From Tubiluchus corallicola (taxonomy: Eukaryota > Animalia > Priapulida), in NCBI GenBank assembly GCA_030141605.1, contig JAQGDQ010001270.1, positions 1-50,770 of the forward strand: 50,770 nt of DNA. Reading direction: 5' to 3'. This document shows positions 1-13,800 of this stretch, one piece after another; position 1 is the first letter of the stretch, and the number at the start of each line of letters is the position of its first letter. Below the pieces are notes generated by a model. That model saw nothing but the letters and a program-made list of their open reading frames with translations. It made no database searches and was not told the DNA's origin. The translations under genes were made by a program, and so were the position numbers.

Positions 1-1087
1 TATAACGATACAGTCATACAACAATATTTATGGATTCAGATAACCTGTGACGTGTTGTAGTGTTGTCTGAGTGTCTGCCTTCTTAGGTGACCAAACAGTG
101 AGCAAAATCAGCCTGCCAACTCAAGTCGCTGCTGCTACCTTGAGCCCGTGAATTTTGTTTTTTTTTATATGCATTAGGATGATGAACTTTCAATGACCAA
201 TGGTCTCCATTATGACTCGGGACTGCTATTTTCTCTTACTGTACACTTTGGTACTACAATGATACTTCTCACATGGAAGCAAATCAAAACATCGCAGTCG
301 CAGATTCATCAAGGCTGCACACCCTTTGTGCACCGCACACAACTATACTACACTACATTGAATATCCATTAAAATATTCAGTAAACTGTTAAATTATTAA
401 TTAACACATACGAAGGAGGAGTCTTATCAGGATTCTCATCTCTATACATTCAGATGGAATACCTTGAAACCCATTGTAATTTTCCTAGTGTGACTTCTAT
501 GGTCATAATGTCAGTCAACAAAATAAGCTTGCCGATTCACTACTATTTTGTGCCACTTCTGAATTCTGCATTCATGTAAATTTTCTAGAAATTTTCCATT
601 GACTTTTTGGTGATTTCTAACCGCTACCATGACCCCGAATCACTGCATTTTTTGGATATTTTCTTACAGTGTTTTAGTTATTCTTCTCACAGTAGATTCG
701 TTGTGAACTTTGGCGCGAGTGACCTTGACCACTTCGGCCCAAGCTCTCAAATTTTCACACAGCAAACTACTGCACCTACTTCCTACAAGATACCTACTTA
801 TACAAGAATTGGACTCTATTGAACTGCTGTTTGGTCAATAATTTGCTCCGATTTGGTCCACTCGGTACACCAAAAACATTAAAATGACATTGATGTAAAG
901 CATTGAGCTCTTTGATCTCTTGAGCGTCTGTCCACCAAAATATGCTTTCTCACATGGTCTGTAGCCATATTAATTTTCATTTCAATAGAATTAATACTGC
1001 TGTAATTATTCTCATTTTCATTACCAACAATTAAAAGAACCAGAAACCTGTTAAAAGTCATCCTAAAATAAAATATTTGTGACTTAC

Positions 1088-1334
1088 TTGTTTAAATTGT
1101 TCATCCCTAAAAAGATTTCTGTATTAGATTGTCCATTAACAGCCAACCCAAGCTCATCGCTTTCTTCACCGTACGACCATAAGAACCGAAAATTGCTTGT
1201 TATTACTGTGTCAGGTTTTATCCATCCCATAAATGTAAATGAAGTGACAGCCGCTGGAAATCCTGCATCCTTTAAGAAGTAGTGAGTCACTTCATATGAC
1301 GGAAAAGTTACCTCAAACGTTTCGTAACATATTC
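1088..1334 (-). CDS. Exon encoding N-terminal half of a pentraxin/LamG-like domain
   Basis: GICYETFEVTFPS...VTSFTFMGWIKPD...FLWSYGEESDELGL matches the pentraxin FTxxxWxK...FSY...NE pattern. TTGATAG| acceptor (phase 1) and AA|GTAAGT donor. Downstream exons not found in the window. Confidence 0.75.
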
Positions 1335-1482
1335 CTATCAAAAAGAAGTGAGACAAATCAGATAAAATAATTTTGTCAGTGACACAATGTGTTCGAATGT
1401 AGTTCTTTCATTGAGTTGATGTTTGAGTAACAAAAATCTTCTACAGCTTAGCAGGTATTGAAAACTGCTTCATGAAACTCAC

Positions 1483-1519
1483 CATTAGCTACCCCAATTT
1501 GTGTAATGGCCGTGCTCAC
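1483..1519 (-). CDS. Short linker exon of PAN-pentraxin gene (VSTAITQIGVAN)
   Basis: TTTCAG| acceptor and G|GTGAGT donor. Phase 0 in, phase 1 out, which exactly bridges the flanking exons. Confidence 0.6.
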
Positions 1520-2585
1520 CTGAAATATTAGAAAAACATAAGCTGCAATAAACGACGTAGTCAAATGAGGTAACTACACTTTGACACAAGGTAACAAATC
1601 TACGTGACTGTCCTTCATTGTGATTATCCTCCATCAGTTTTACTGTGATTCTGCCACTAGTGTTGACAATATCTCTATGACAAGTTATTGCCTACAGGAG
1701 TTATAATCTTATTACAGGCATGCCAAATATCAATTAACTTACATAGGACAGGATAGGAGTAAACTATTAAAGGGTAGTAACTTGTTAATATATTATTGGG
1801 CCTCTTTAAGAGGCATAGAAGAGCACAACAATTGCTCTTGTTCACCTGTGATCAAATATGGTGGTGGGTTAAGCTTTGCTGCACAAATAATCTTCTCCAC
1901 CAACTACGCACTGATTTATTTAACACTTTTATTCAAACAATGTTCATATCCAATACATAACAGACAATAATTATACTAATTAACACAAAAACATATACTC
2001 AGTAATTTTTATGCATTTATTTATTTTCTTGTGTAATGTTTTTATGTTAATTCTTGAGTTCTATGGACTGTGTTAAACACTTACTGGATTATCTGTTCAC
2101 ACCCATTCTGAGTTTGAATTGGCTAAGATGGTGACAGCTATACAGCAGCCACCAAGAAATCCATATTCAAAGAGTTTTGCAGACAGAGTTGCAAGATATT
2201 GTGCAATAATCCAATCAGACGTCCGAGGCAAATTAATTTTAACCCTGCTTATTGCGTACTCAGTGTTTACGCTAGACAGAAAGTGCATTAACTGCACACC
2301 CTGCCAGATTGAAAAGCCACCACAGGTAGTAAATTTTTCCTGCAGTGGCGCCTCATTGTTAAATTAGTGGGGTGCTGCTTTAGAAAATTTTTAGCCATTG
2401 TTTTAGTATAAAATGAAACAAACACATGTAATTTTGTTTAAAGGCCTTTTAACTGCAACTGTCTTAGAGAGAGACAACTGTGAAAACTTGAGCTACTCAA
2501 GTTCATTTACAGTCACAGAACTTATTTGTTTCAAAATCTAATTCTACACTTTATCACATTCAAGAATATCGGTACACTGTTTTCA

Positions 2586-2758
2586 AGCACGTGACAGCTG
2601 ACAACACACACTGTGTGAGCCACCGTGCTTTACCTAGAGTGTAGCGTCTATCTCAGACATGTGCGCATGGCCGCATGCGCACAGCAGCCAAACACACGTT
2701 GCTGGAGTTGTGACTGCACTGCGCTGGACCTGTGAAGCGCACAGTTCCGTCACGTGCT
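2586..2758. repeat. Decayed palindrome (possible MITE core)
   Basis: 10-bp outer inverted repeat AGCACGTGAC/GTCACGTGCT and central TGTGCGCATG-gccg-CATGCGCACA share one symmetry axis at about 2672. Confidence 0.5.
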
Positions 2759-3344
2759 CTGGTTCCATGCAAGTATAATGAAAGAATTAAAGAATAAAAG
2801 ACTCCCCGACAGTTCTCATATATGAGCTTCATTCATCGTACCATCCCATTGTGAAGCACTAAATGTTTTCGTGGTCCATACGATTCAGTTCAAATTTCCA
2901 GCTTATTTTCATTACTTTTTTTCTTTCACAGTGCGTGACAATGTAACAAGCCCTGCTTTTTTACTGCCCACAACATATTTACATTTGTATATAATCAAAC
3001 ATAGTGTGAGACTTTTCTTGTGCAGAAACAATAAAAACTTTTTTGTATTATGTTCATTGTAGGCCCTTTCACTATATATTGTACACCAAACCATTGTAAA
3101 TGTGCCATGTGAATTAAGTGACGTATGACTTATGTGTGTTTAATAACAGAGTCAAAACAAGTTTTCATATACCTACATGTTGTGTAAACATGAGTACAAG
3201 CTGGCAAAATTTGTAAAAGTGTGAATGAGATTAAGGATATCCAGGACGCATCCCAAACGATGACCATGTCTTTCCCATTGTGTGAATAGTGCTAATGTTA
3301 TGAAGGCTAATTTATGGTGCTAAACTTATCCACAATGCGCACTC

Positions 3345-3790
3345 TTAGTTCTAACTCTTTAATAGATCGTCAAGTTACCTTTCACCTGGATAGCTAGCCC
3401 TTTTCTGTCTTAGTTCTGCCTCCTTAATAAATTGTCAAGTTACCTTTCACCTGGGTAGATAGCCACTTTCTGCATTAGTTCTACATCTTTAATAGATCGT
3501 CAAGTTACCTTTCAGATGGGTAGCTAGCCACTTTCTGCATTAGTTCTACATCTTTAATAGATCGTCAAGTTACCTTTCAGATGGGTAGCTAGCCACTTTC
3601 TGCATTAGTTCTACATCTTTAATAGATCGTCAAGTTACCTTTCAGATGGGTAGCTAGCCACTTTCTGCATTAGTTCTACATCTTTAATAGATCGCCAAGT
3701 TACCTTTCACTTTGGTAGCTAGCCACTTTCTGCATTAGTTCTACATCTTTAATAGATCGCCAAGTTACCTTTCACTTTGGTAGCTGGCAC
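3345..3790. repeat. 65-bp minisatellite, about 7 copies, intronic
   Basis: Unit TTAGTTCTACATCTTTAATAGATCGTCAAGTTACCTTTCAGATGGGTAGCTAGCCACTTTCTGCA, with starts at 3345, 3475, 3540, etc. Confidence 0.95.
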
Positions 3791-4524
3791 GTTCTATTTG
3801 TGTCAACAAGCAAGACTGTGCTACAATTGTCACTAAGCAACAGTCAGTTTATGATGGCTACCATTTGTAATGTCCATTGTGGTCTTGCAATTGTTGGCAA
3901 TTGTGCTCACTTGCTTTGTGAAGCGATCAATACACAAAGGTCAATCATAACTACTTATTTAGTACCCGTCGTTTAATGTAAACATGCTGCTATGAGTAAT
4001 GAATAATGGTGATTCATGCTGTGGAGGTAGATGGTTCAGTGAAATATTTTTCTGCAGTCTGGCAGCCAGACTCTGGCACACTACAAACGTTCACTCACTG
4101 ACAGAGCCTATTGCTAATGTTAAATGGTTGTTGCAGCATCGAACTCTAGCTGTCATTATCAAGAATAATGTGCACTATGATGCACAGAATGCCGAGGCAC
4201 TGAGCTGAGTGTCTGAACTCCACTCTGCTGTGAATACTTCTGCCCCAAACAAGAGAAATAACCTAAGGTGATCAATGGTAGATGAAACCGTCCAAGAGCT
4301 CATTCCAGTGGTCATTCATCTATTTGCCTAATCAAATTTGACACCGCTTAAGTTTCAAACCATATCATGACCACTCAACTTTTAATTTAATTATAATCAT
4401 TCTTTGACAAGCAATTTCTCTGAAATTTATGTCCTAGATCAAGATGGTGTTTGTTTCAATAGCTTGAATTTATAATGTATTCGTTACTTAAATGAAATTA
4501 TATTGCTAACACAGGACACTATAC

Positions 4525-4848
4525 CTGTTCTTCTGCATAAAATGAAATTCCAGCTGTTGTCAGAACATCAGCATCAGTACAACTTTTGGGTGTAGCTGTC
4601 AACAAATGACATTCATGGTTTCCTTCATCTATTTTAATATCTTGAATACCGTTGCATAAGTTATCTTGGGCACAAGCTATTGCACAGTGTAGTTTACTGC
4701 GCAAAGAACTTTGTATGCGTATAGTTCCTATTTCAGCTAGAGCATCTGCCCCGTGTTGGACGTAATTTTCGACTTCTTTTGAACAATACACATTTGCCGA
4801 TAAAACAGTGGAGAATGCCACCAGCATAGCAAAAATAGATGCAGGCAT
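4525..4848 (-). CDS. First coding exon of secreted PAN/Apple + pentraxin protein (signal peptide + PAN/Apple-like domain)
   Basis: ATG at 4848 gives MPASIFAMLVAFSTVLSA (hydrophobic signal). It is followed by SKLHCAIACAQDNLCNGI...ECHLL, the CxxxC...C...C pattern of PAN/Apple domains. Ends at CAG|GTATAG donor, phase 0. Confidence 0.75.
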
Positions 4849-5649
4849 AACTATGAAAATTCTTAAAAATTTCTCCAAAAAGACGTTCACAGGCTAAGCA
4901 AAAGCTTGTACACTTAGTATAAGGCAAAAGATTACGCACAACTCTTCTAGTTTGTTATCACTGCCACACATGTTTAACCACACATGTATGCTAGTGGTTA
5001 ATAACATTGAAATAAACCCTACTGTGTGTATCATTGTAACTATTAGAGAGGCTTAAATATTTATGATCGCTCTATACTACAGTTGTCTTATGCTATAGAT
5101 TTTCTTTTAGCTTTTGTCATGTCTGTTGTCATACCTGATAGACCTAATACAATGTCTGTAGGGTACCTGTCGTGTGCACACTACTATTAAGCTTGACATA
5201 AGCTGGTTCAGAAATTTAAATGCATTGCCAAATTAATGATATACGCATTTTGATTTTCATTAGCTTTTACATTACTTCACAATGAAAAAAGCTGATACCT
5301 ACGATAACTGTTTTTTCATTATTTGAAACTCTTTTGACAAGCCTGTTAAACATCTAGTATCAAAAAGATAGGCCACTAAGACTCACTATGACATTGACAT
5401 GGCACGAATATGTAGTGTAGTCAAAATTTATTTGTACTAGAAAAAATAAAACTGAAAAGATTAGCTTTGGTAACAAATGGTACAAGTTTCTTAAATGGAC
5501 GACCGCTTACATAGTACATAGTTACTGGCAATTTTTAGGGAAGTATAGCTGGCTCATTTTGACACCGTTTCAAAGCATTATGAGTAGTATAAATTCTCTA
5601 ACTGTGCGTCATTTTTGTGCCAATTTCCTGTTGGAAGTCAATACAGAGA

Positions 5650-6900
5650 TGATTAAATTAGATTTAGATTTAATATTTTATTTCAAACTTTACAAAGTTC
5701 ATATACACATCACAAATTAATACAAATAATACAATAAATCATGACACACAACAATAACACAAATAACAATTAACGATATAACAAACTACGCCAATGACGT
5801 CTAATTACAGAAGTAAAGTTTGCATCACTGTTTAAAATGTTCTTGCATATAAAATTTTCACTGTTATTCAGCCTGACGTATAAACTGTATGTACATTTTC
5901 TGTGAATCACATCAAAATAAATAATATTAAGTCTAGTAGAAATATATCTAGCGCTCGTATCATATGAAAAGTTAAACAGCTTCCGTGTTGATACATTATA
6001 TGCAACCTTGAGTTTGCTAAGATTGTAAGAATAAAAATGTCTCCAAGTGGACATACAATAAAAAGTAGTGCAGTAAGCATTAAACAATTGTCTCTTCACG
6101 TCAACTGTAAGTAAATTTCATGAGTAATTTATTTGCTCTACCATAGTAAATTGAACATTTTCGTAATATATCTAAATCATCTCTATTGTCATCTGATAAA
6201 ATATGACCCAGATATTTTTCTTTTTTACTAGGTACAAAACTTTTATCCTGCAAAACAACAGACCCAAAAGTAAACTGCTGCATGTGAGCAGAGCGAAATG
6301 TGACAAGTTTAGTCTTATTCACATTTACAAGGATATCATATTCTTTAGCAAATTTATTAAAAATATCTAGCAGTCTCTGCAAAGCCGCCGAGGTTGTTGC
6401 TAAAAGACATATGTCATCAGCGTGCATCAAGTGATTAATGCAGGCTTCAGCAATATGACAACCCACACCAGAGTTGGCAAGTGCAACACTAAGATTTTTA
6501 TAATAGAAGTTGAATAACAGTGGAGACATTTTTCCACCTTGACGAATTCCGTTACCTACTGCAAAACTGTCAGAGTTAAATTTACCCCATCTAACCAACA
6601 TACGTTGTTCTGTATAATAAAAAAAAAGCAAAAGTCTAATTATTACATTTGGTAGGGTAGTATTGATAAGGTTTAGGAACAGTTTGAGATAGTTTACTCT
6701 ATCGAACGCTTTTGATGCGTCAATAAACAGAATATGTACGTGCTTTGTCGACTAATGTAATAGTCAAGCGCCTATTTTAAAGTATGGATGCACATCTCTG
6801 TGCCTAAGTTTTCAACAAAATAAAACTGGTTTGGCGTGGTTTACAAACAAGAACTGTAACGATTTAGAAGCAGTATTTCTATAACTTTAGATGACTCTTA
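5650..6900 (-). mobile_element. 5'-truncated, frameshifted non-LTR retrotransposon (LINE) reverse transcriptase remnant
   Basis: RT motifs in order across several frames: NQF, FIDASKAFDRVN (about 6695-6727), GIRQGGKMSPLLFNFY, HLMHADDICLL (YADD equivalent), KYLGHIL. The 3' end has AAATAAA plus a short (AAATCT)-type tail near 5650-5682. Confidence 0.9.
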
Positions 6901-8999
6901 TATTACTGACAGTGCACAATATTTGCTACAGTTTTTACAGACTAGTGTAAGCCATCGATACAAATATCAGATAGTGCTTCTAGTTTATTACACCTTTGCA
7001 ATCAATCAATGGCGAGGTCACTACAAATCAATGATTTCGAAGTTTTATTAGTATCAGTGATTTTGGAAGATTTCCCATGCTACTTTGCTCTGCTGATTGG
7101 GACTGGAAAATCAGGCTATGGATGACGATGAATTTGTTTTGTTTGGTAAGTTATTAAAGTCAAATCGGTTAACACGGCAAAATTCTTATTTTGCCAATAA
7201 ATTTCAACTTTTTTGCTACGAAGTACCAAAACGCTTCGGATCTTTAATTTTGTCCTGAGCTTGTATGACTGAGATGCGGCATGAGTATGAAAATTCTTAG
7301 TTTCTCCAAGAAAGATAGCTACAGGTTAACCATCAGCTTATATACTTAACGTAAGGGAAAAACATAACTGTTTAGTTTGTTACCACTGCCACGTATGTTT
7401 AAAGTCTTGCAGATACTTTTGGATACTCTTGTAGATCAACTGTAATTAACATTAACAAAACATAAATAATTAATTAACTAATGTAATGAATTACAAAAAT
7501 TTTTTCTTGAACTGAAGACATCTTATCTAATTATCACACTAACTTCAACTTAATTGGGTAATCACTTTTGGAGTTATTTCGGCTCATTTGGAGTTAAAAA
7601 ATTGGAAAAATGTGACAAACAGAGTGAATGGCTGACTGAGTGACCAGATTTTTTGTAAGACCTGAGCTAACACTCTGGCAGGAAAAATAATATTAGTTTG
7701 GAGAAGGGGTGGCACTAAAAGCACTGAATCAACCACATTTGTAGTTAAGGTTAATAGAAAGACTTCTAACGACAATTAAAGCAGTTGGTGAATGTATGCA
7801 GTCCTTTAAAAAAATTTAAGTGCATGCTATATAAAGTGGTTGAAAAAATATTGTGTAAAGCAAAATTAGAAAACAGTAAACAACACTTTGCAAATTTGAT
7901 AGACAATTTAAGGACAAAACAAATGAAAGAGTGTAAAACTAAATAAGCAAAAATCGGTCACAATCTAGTGAAGATAGAAATGAAATGGAGAAAAATAATC
8001 CAACAAAAACAACTATAATGAATAGGCTTGTGATGAGCCCATTTATTACTATATGCATGTCACCAAAACGCACCCTTATCATGATAATCTGAGTCAATGA
8101 TATTTAGTAAATTAGCACGTGCACTCATATCTATTTTGCCAGACCTCGCTTTTACGGATATCGGAAGAATCGGACTAAATCTGGACCGTTAAAAAGTCAC
8201 GCATACTACGGACACAGTTTCGCGAGTTGAGCGCTTTGGTGGGTTGTCACTTTGTGTACATCCGAGCAGCGTGTAACAACATGTGTGTAGCTTGTATGTC
8301 AGCATATTTAAGTGTTTAATCAGCAAATTTAAGAGTCAGTTATGCAGAGTTATTTGAATCAATTGCTGACAGTTTTTATATACTTTTGCATAGGAGCGGC
8401 CCATACTAGACGTTTTTGAGACAATTGAGCAATTGATTCTACATTACTGTGAGTCTAATACACGGCGCCTATTGTATTAGCTAAGTATCAGTAAAGACAG
8501 ACAGCCGGCAAATTTGGACTGATGTTCTCCTCTGCTTTTGTCCCGCAAACCGAGATATGAGTGCAATTTAGGCTGCAGCTATGGGGTGTACTGTAGATAC
8601 CTCTCAATCAGTGCAGTGAGCAGTAGTTGTTTTGACACAGGCACTAATAGCAGCCAAAGCAGTTGAAAATGCAAGGCGTTTAATCTGTAGTATTAATTAC
8701 GCTATTTACGTATAAACTTGTGAAATGGCAAACCTGAATCAGAAAATGCACAAGCAACTTTTAAACTGAAAATATTGATATATTTACTTTTCTGGTGCTT
8801 ATGATGCAATCATTAAGCCTACACATTACACAAGTAATAAATAAAAATCAAAGAAGTTAATCAAGCTGTTTTAGCATTTGGGAATTGATTGATAAAATAT
8901 CTTTAGCATTTGTTATTAGGGTGTTCATCTAGTTTTTATAAAGCCTGCAAACATTAACTCAAGTGTATCATGATATATATATTGTATCGTGAAGATAGT

Positions 9000-9150
9000 A
9001 TTGTGATATATATCGTATCGTGACCTAGGTGTATCGCTAAAGCCCTAATAATTACTAGTATAATTACATACATATATATTATTGTGATACATGTTGTATC
9101 GTGACCTAGGTGTATTGCTAAAGCCCTAATGATTACTAGTGTAATTACAT
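9000..9150. repeat. About 80-bp tandem duplication, possibly a DNA-transposon terminus
   Basis: ATTGTGATA..TATCGTGACCTAGGTGTATYGCTAAAGCCCTAAT.ATTACTAGT.TAATTACATA occurs twice. Confidence 0.8.
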
Positions 9151-10242
9151 AGTTTACAACTTGAAATTAGTTAATTAAAAAACTGCCAAATCACTTCTAC
9201 CACAAAGAAGAAGTTGAACAACAACCATGAATGATGTTAAAAACCTGTTAACCTGTTAATTATTAAAATTTACCTTGCATTAGTCAGCCATGTTGAATTG
9301 TTCAGAAGTCGTGGAATTTTCTATATCCAAGTATTTAAAAACTGTGTAGTTAGAAAAAATGCTGTGTATTCTATATTTGGTCCAGAAAAATATGTCATCT
9401 GCTTAATAAGAAGTGTAAATTTTACGTTAACCAGGATTCTACACTAAGTAGTCACGTTTTTGAGACGTCTGTTTGTTCTCTTATCTGATAAGCTTCAGCA
9501 CAGAGCACGCTACGTCTACAAGCACTTATGCAGTGGGCACACTAAAACTTTTAACAAAAGTTGTGCAAGGTTTATGAATACAGTATTATAGATTTAGTTT
9601 TTAATCTTTTGATTCAAGCTGAATTATAAGCTGGACTGTTCGTGTAAATGTAAGTACTGTATAATGAATGTAGCTTTGGCAAAATAGAAATTATATTGAA
9701 TAAGATGTTTTGCTAATTTATAAAGCACATTGTTTGAATAATTCATTAGTTTTAGTGCTTGGTTAATTTATGCATGTATAGTAACATAGATGTAAATTGC
9801 AATATTCGTTGGGAAATGTTAATCTTTGTTGTGTAAACTTATTTATAATGTATTTTATAATGCAAGTACAATTACAATGTACTTTGTAAGTAGCTATATT
9901 TTAGTTTATTATTTAGGTTAAATCATATTTTATGTGCTTAGATAGTTAATCGTGTTTTTATACAATTTGATAATTTTTTCTTATTTTTAAAAACTATAAA
10001 GCAGAAATTTGCTATACGCATTCGTTATAACTGCCAGTAATTTGTGAATGTCTATAATTTACTTTGCCTTTTGAACTTGTGCAAGTTGATTTTGGTTCTG
10101 TTGTTTTTAGCTGCTTTACTTATTGTTTGGCTGATGCATTTGGCAACATAAAAATATCTTGTTAGTAATGAATAGTAGCAGAATGCAAACAAACATGTTC
10201 AACTAATTATTAGTTGCAAACATCAGTTTTATTGAGACTTTG

Positions 10243-10810
10243 TCATTTGGCATTCTGGCAATTCTGACATGCCGTCAATTTAGCAGTCTGGCAATTCTGA
10301 CATGCCGTCAATTTGGCAGTCTGGCAATTATGACATGCCGTCAATTTGGCAGTCTGGCAATTCCGACATGCCGTCAATTTGGCAGTCTGGCAATTCCGAC
10401 ATGCCATCAATTTGGCAGTCTGGCAATTCCGACATGCCGTCAATTTGGCAGTCTGGCAATTCTGACATGCCGTCAATTTGGCAGTCTGGCAATTCCGACA
10501 TGCCGTGAACTTGGCATTCTGGCAATTCTGACATGCCGTCAATTTAGCAGTCTGGCAATTCCAACATGCCGTCAATTTAGCAGTCTGGCAATTCCAACAT
10601 GCCGTCAATTTAGCAGTCTGGCAATTCCAACATGCCGTCAATTTGGCAGTCTGGCGATTCCGACATGCCGTCAATTTGGTAGCCTGGCAATTCCGACATG
10701 CCGTCAATTAGCAGTCTGGCAATTCTGGCATACCGTCAATTTGGCAGTCTGGCAATTCCGACATGCCGTCAATTTGGCAGTCTGGCAATTCCAACATGCC
10801 ATCAATTTGG
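10243..10810. repeat. 33-bp minisatellite, about 17 copies
   Basis: Unit TTGGCAGTCTGGCAATTCCGACATGCCGTCAAT; explains the 11-aa periodic ORFs on both strands. Confidence 0.95.
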
Positions 10811-13800
10811 TTTTATTTGCTACTTGATCCGTAATGAATATCCAGTTGTTTTTTTTTGCAAGTGCTTTATTACAAAAAGCTAAAGTGTATGATGTTTTTT
10901 ATAGGGAAAGGAAAGGGAATTGTAAAGCACTTTCTATGTACAAAGTTATGTTACTTAGCTTTATACTTACTGTTTGAAGAACTTATGTAATTGGAAAAGA
11001 AAATTTTTGATAATTTAATATATTTAAAACATCACTGTTTCACCATCCCAGTGTGCACCACTGATTCACCAAAAAACATATCTTTAATCTTATTGACAAT
11101 ATAGAAAATACTTTAACAATATTGGCAATTTTATATTGATAATGTAGCTTAAATTTATGCTTAGGTAGGGAGCAGTGTTATACGAATGCTGTGATAATTT
11201 TTTAAACTTGACGCAATGTTATCTGAACTTGTTCCAAGTGACTTACCCTTAAAATGGCTGCGCTTAATGGTTGCCGCAAGAGTTTAAATTTACAAATTTT
11301 ACACAGCATTGCTGCTAACGCAATAAGACAGGATAAAAGTGACACAAAATTTCAAGACAAATTATTAAGCTTTATTTATGAAGAGTGTTTTCTTGTCGTT
11401 TTAAGCTTATTACTTTATTTCTTGAAACCTGTGTAAAGAGATGCTGTTTATGCTCAAGTAAAGATGGGATTACTTTTCAGAATCTGTATTGTAGCCGCAA
11501 TCACTACTATACAACATGGCCGTTGAATGTATAAATTTATGAAACCCTACCTTTCTTGTGAATGCATTTTTCCATGATTGTGTTCAGACCGGCCAAGCAC
11601 TGCTCTAGCTGTCACAACCATAGAAACGGTCTCTAATGTTACTGCTAATTTTGAGCTTAGAGTTAATAAGAGCTCGAATTTGATTCATCTGGTTTTTCTA
11701 GCATGTTGAATGATATTGGTGAGGGATGTGAACTGCGGGATGAGGAAAACTCAGCTTCCCAGCATCGCAATTCTTCTTCCACACCCAAGAAACAGGGAGC
11801 ATTAAGGTAAAACGAGCTTGTTATAATTATTACGTCGCTACTAGTTAACTAATTGAAATCTGGTTTTTTTGAAATTAAAAATAATTATTTTGTGTGTATT
11901 CAAAACGAACACCTACTATACTGATTTTGTATTAGATAATTATGCTGTTCATAAATTTGTGTACCATTATTTTTTTTTGCTTGGCAAGTAAGTTGCATAA
12001 TAACAAGGACTGGAAAGTACAACTTAGTGCTAATTACTCTGTAACTGTCAATTATTTTAATTAAAGGAAACTGATGTTTGTTGTTAGTTTATCTTAGTCA
12101 TTCTAAAGACACATGATGTGTGCTCGTGTTTGGCAAAACAGTAATTTTTGAACAATAAATTAACCTTAAATTTAAAAAAGAAACTGATTTATTGCATCTT
12201 ATTTCTTATTACTGGGTTACAATTGTTTTTTTTTGTACTTTATTCACATTTATCCTTACATTGTGTAAACATATGATCAAAAATTATAATGTTATGTTCA
12301 AATATTCAACATATTTATAATATACATTTAAGGACTGTAATCGAAACTGATGAAGTTACTCAAACTGTTTACCACTACTAGAGTCTGTTCCTTTACAGAA
12401 ATTAGCATTATTGTTGTTGCAACAAGTTTCTATTAACTTTAAATGACTTACTAACCACAATTTATTTGCCAGTGAATTTCTTCATGTGTTTTTGCTTACC
12501 TCATAAGGACATCATAGATTTGCCTCCTTAGCATTGTTATTTTCCACTGTATTTGTTGTGCATCTACAGTAAGAAATGGGAGCAGAATGATTGCAGAATA
12601 AAAAAACTATAGAATATGCTGAAAAATTGCAAACAAACAGTTTTGCACCACCGTGAATTATCGCTTAAAATTTCATACAGTCTTACTAGCGGCTGAAAAA
12701 CTAAATTTAAGTCTTTAAAGGAGAGCAATGATTTTAAGTTTGCCTCGTAAGATTATATGTGTTCTTGCAAGCCAAAACCGTCCACAAGTCGGTATAGTTA
12801 AACAACGTAATGACACGTGAAAAATTGGGTCAAATATCAATTTTTTTTCAAAAACAAATGCCAAATGTTATGAGCATGTGGACGTCGCTTGCGACTCCAT
12901 CTACTGCCCAAATATCTAGTTAACTTTCACTTTTACTCACCTTATTTAAATTAAATAGTAGTTTAAGCAAATATACTGTTTATATTTAATGAGCAAACAG
13001 ACAGTCTAAATATGGATAGTGCCAATCAGTGATTACCTGGCTAGTGGCGTGATTTGTGCAGTGTACCTAAACGAGAATTTACCATTGTGTGTCGCATGTG
13101 CTTAAACTTACCCGTGTTACGTGTACCTGTATTTTATTTTATAATTATTTTACCTGTTTAGTGTCAGTTCTGCACAGGTGTGTTACCTGCTTAATCTCTG
13201 TTAATTAACAATATGAGTTGTAATGAAGATGACTCATCACCGAGTGAACTCCATAGTCCGAGATCGTCGTACGTATTTAGTCGAAACTCACCGTTTGCTG
13301 TGTTGTAAAAATTCCCATTTACCTGGTAGCAATGCCGTCAGAAAGAACTCGTTAATTTCAAACGGTTTTGCTTTCAGACACGTTACACGGGCTTTTCATG
13401 ACTTTGCATTAAACATTGTTTGAACGAAAAAATTGCTACCAAAGCTCAGATGGACTAATCTCATTCAACTCTTGTGGTTTAATTTTTTTGTATGATTTCA
13501 GCACTGTAATTGCACTGCTTTTATCACCAAATGGCATCCTATTAGCTCACTGATCTTTACTAGTAGTGCTACACACCAGACAGGCACATCATAAAAATTA
13601 GGTTGTACCAAACCACAGAAGACCTTGAACCTACTTTTTCTTTGTTGATAATGTTTGCTGAATGCAACGGAACTCTATACCTCTGTATATACATTGACTT
13701 TGGGCACCTTGAATCTATGTAATTTCATCAACTTGCATTAGAGTCTAGGAAAAACTAGCCCTTACTGAACATTTCGTTAGGAAAAGAACAACGAAAACAT

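Noticed and set aside
879-1061. Next exon of the PAN-pentraxin gene
   Set aside because: Would need an intron of only about 25-40 bp, and the peptide lacks WHHxCxTW or any pentraxin similarity.
7077-7150. Candidate exon ending in a GTAAGT donor (MDDDEFVLFG or WD40-like ADWDWKIRLW)
   Set aside because: Too short, no signal peptide, and no supported partner exon.
10240-10883. Cys-rich repeat proteins (TACRNCQTAKL, SLAIPTCRQFG)
   Set aside because: Produced by a 33-bp unit that is open in several frames on both strands; no signal peptide or splice context.
11588-11806. Candidate plus-strand exon(s) upstream of the Ig exon
   Set aside because: One frame hits a stop, the other ends in phase 2 (incompatible with the phase-1 Ig exon), and there is no recognisable domain.
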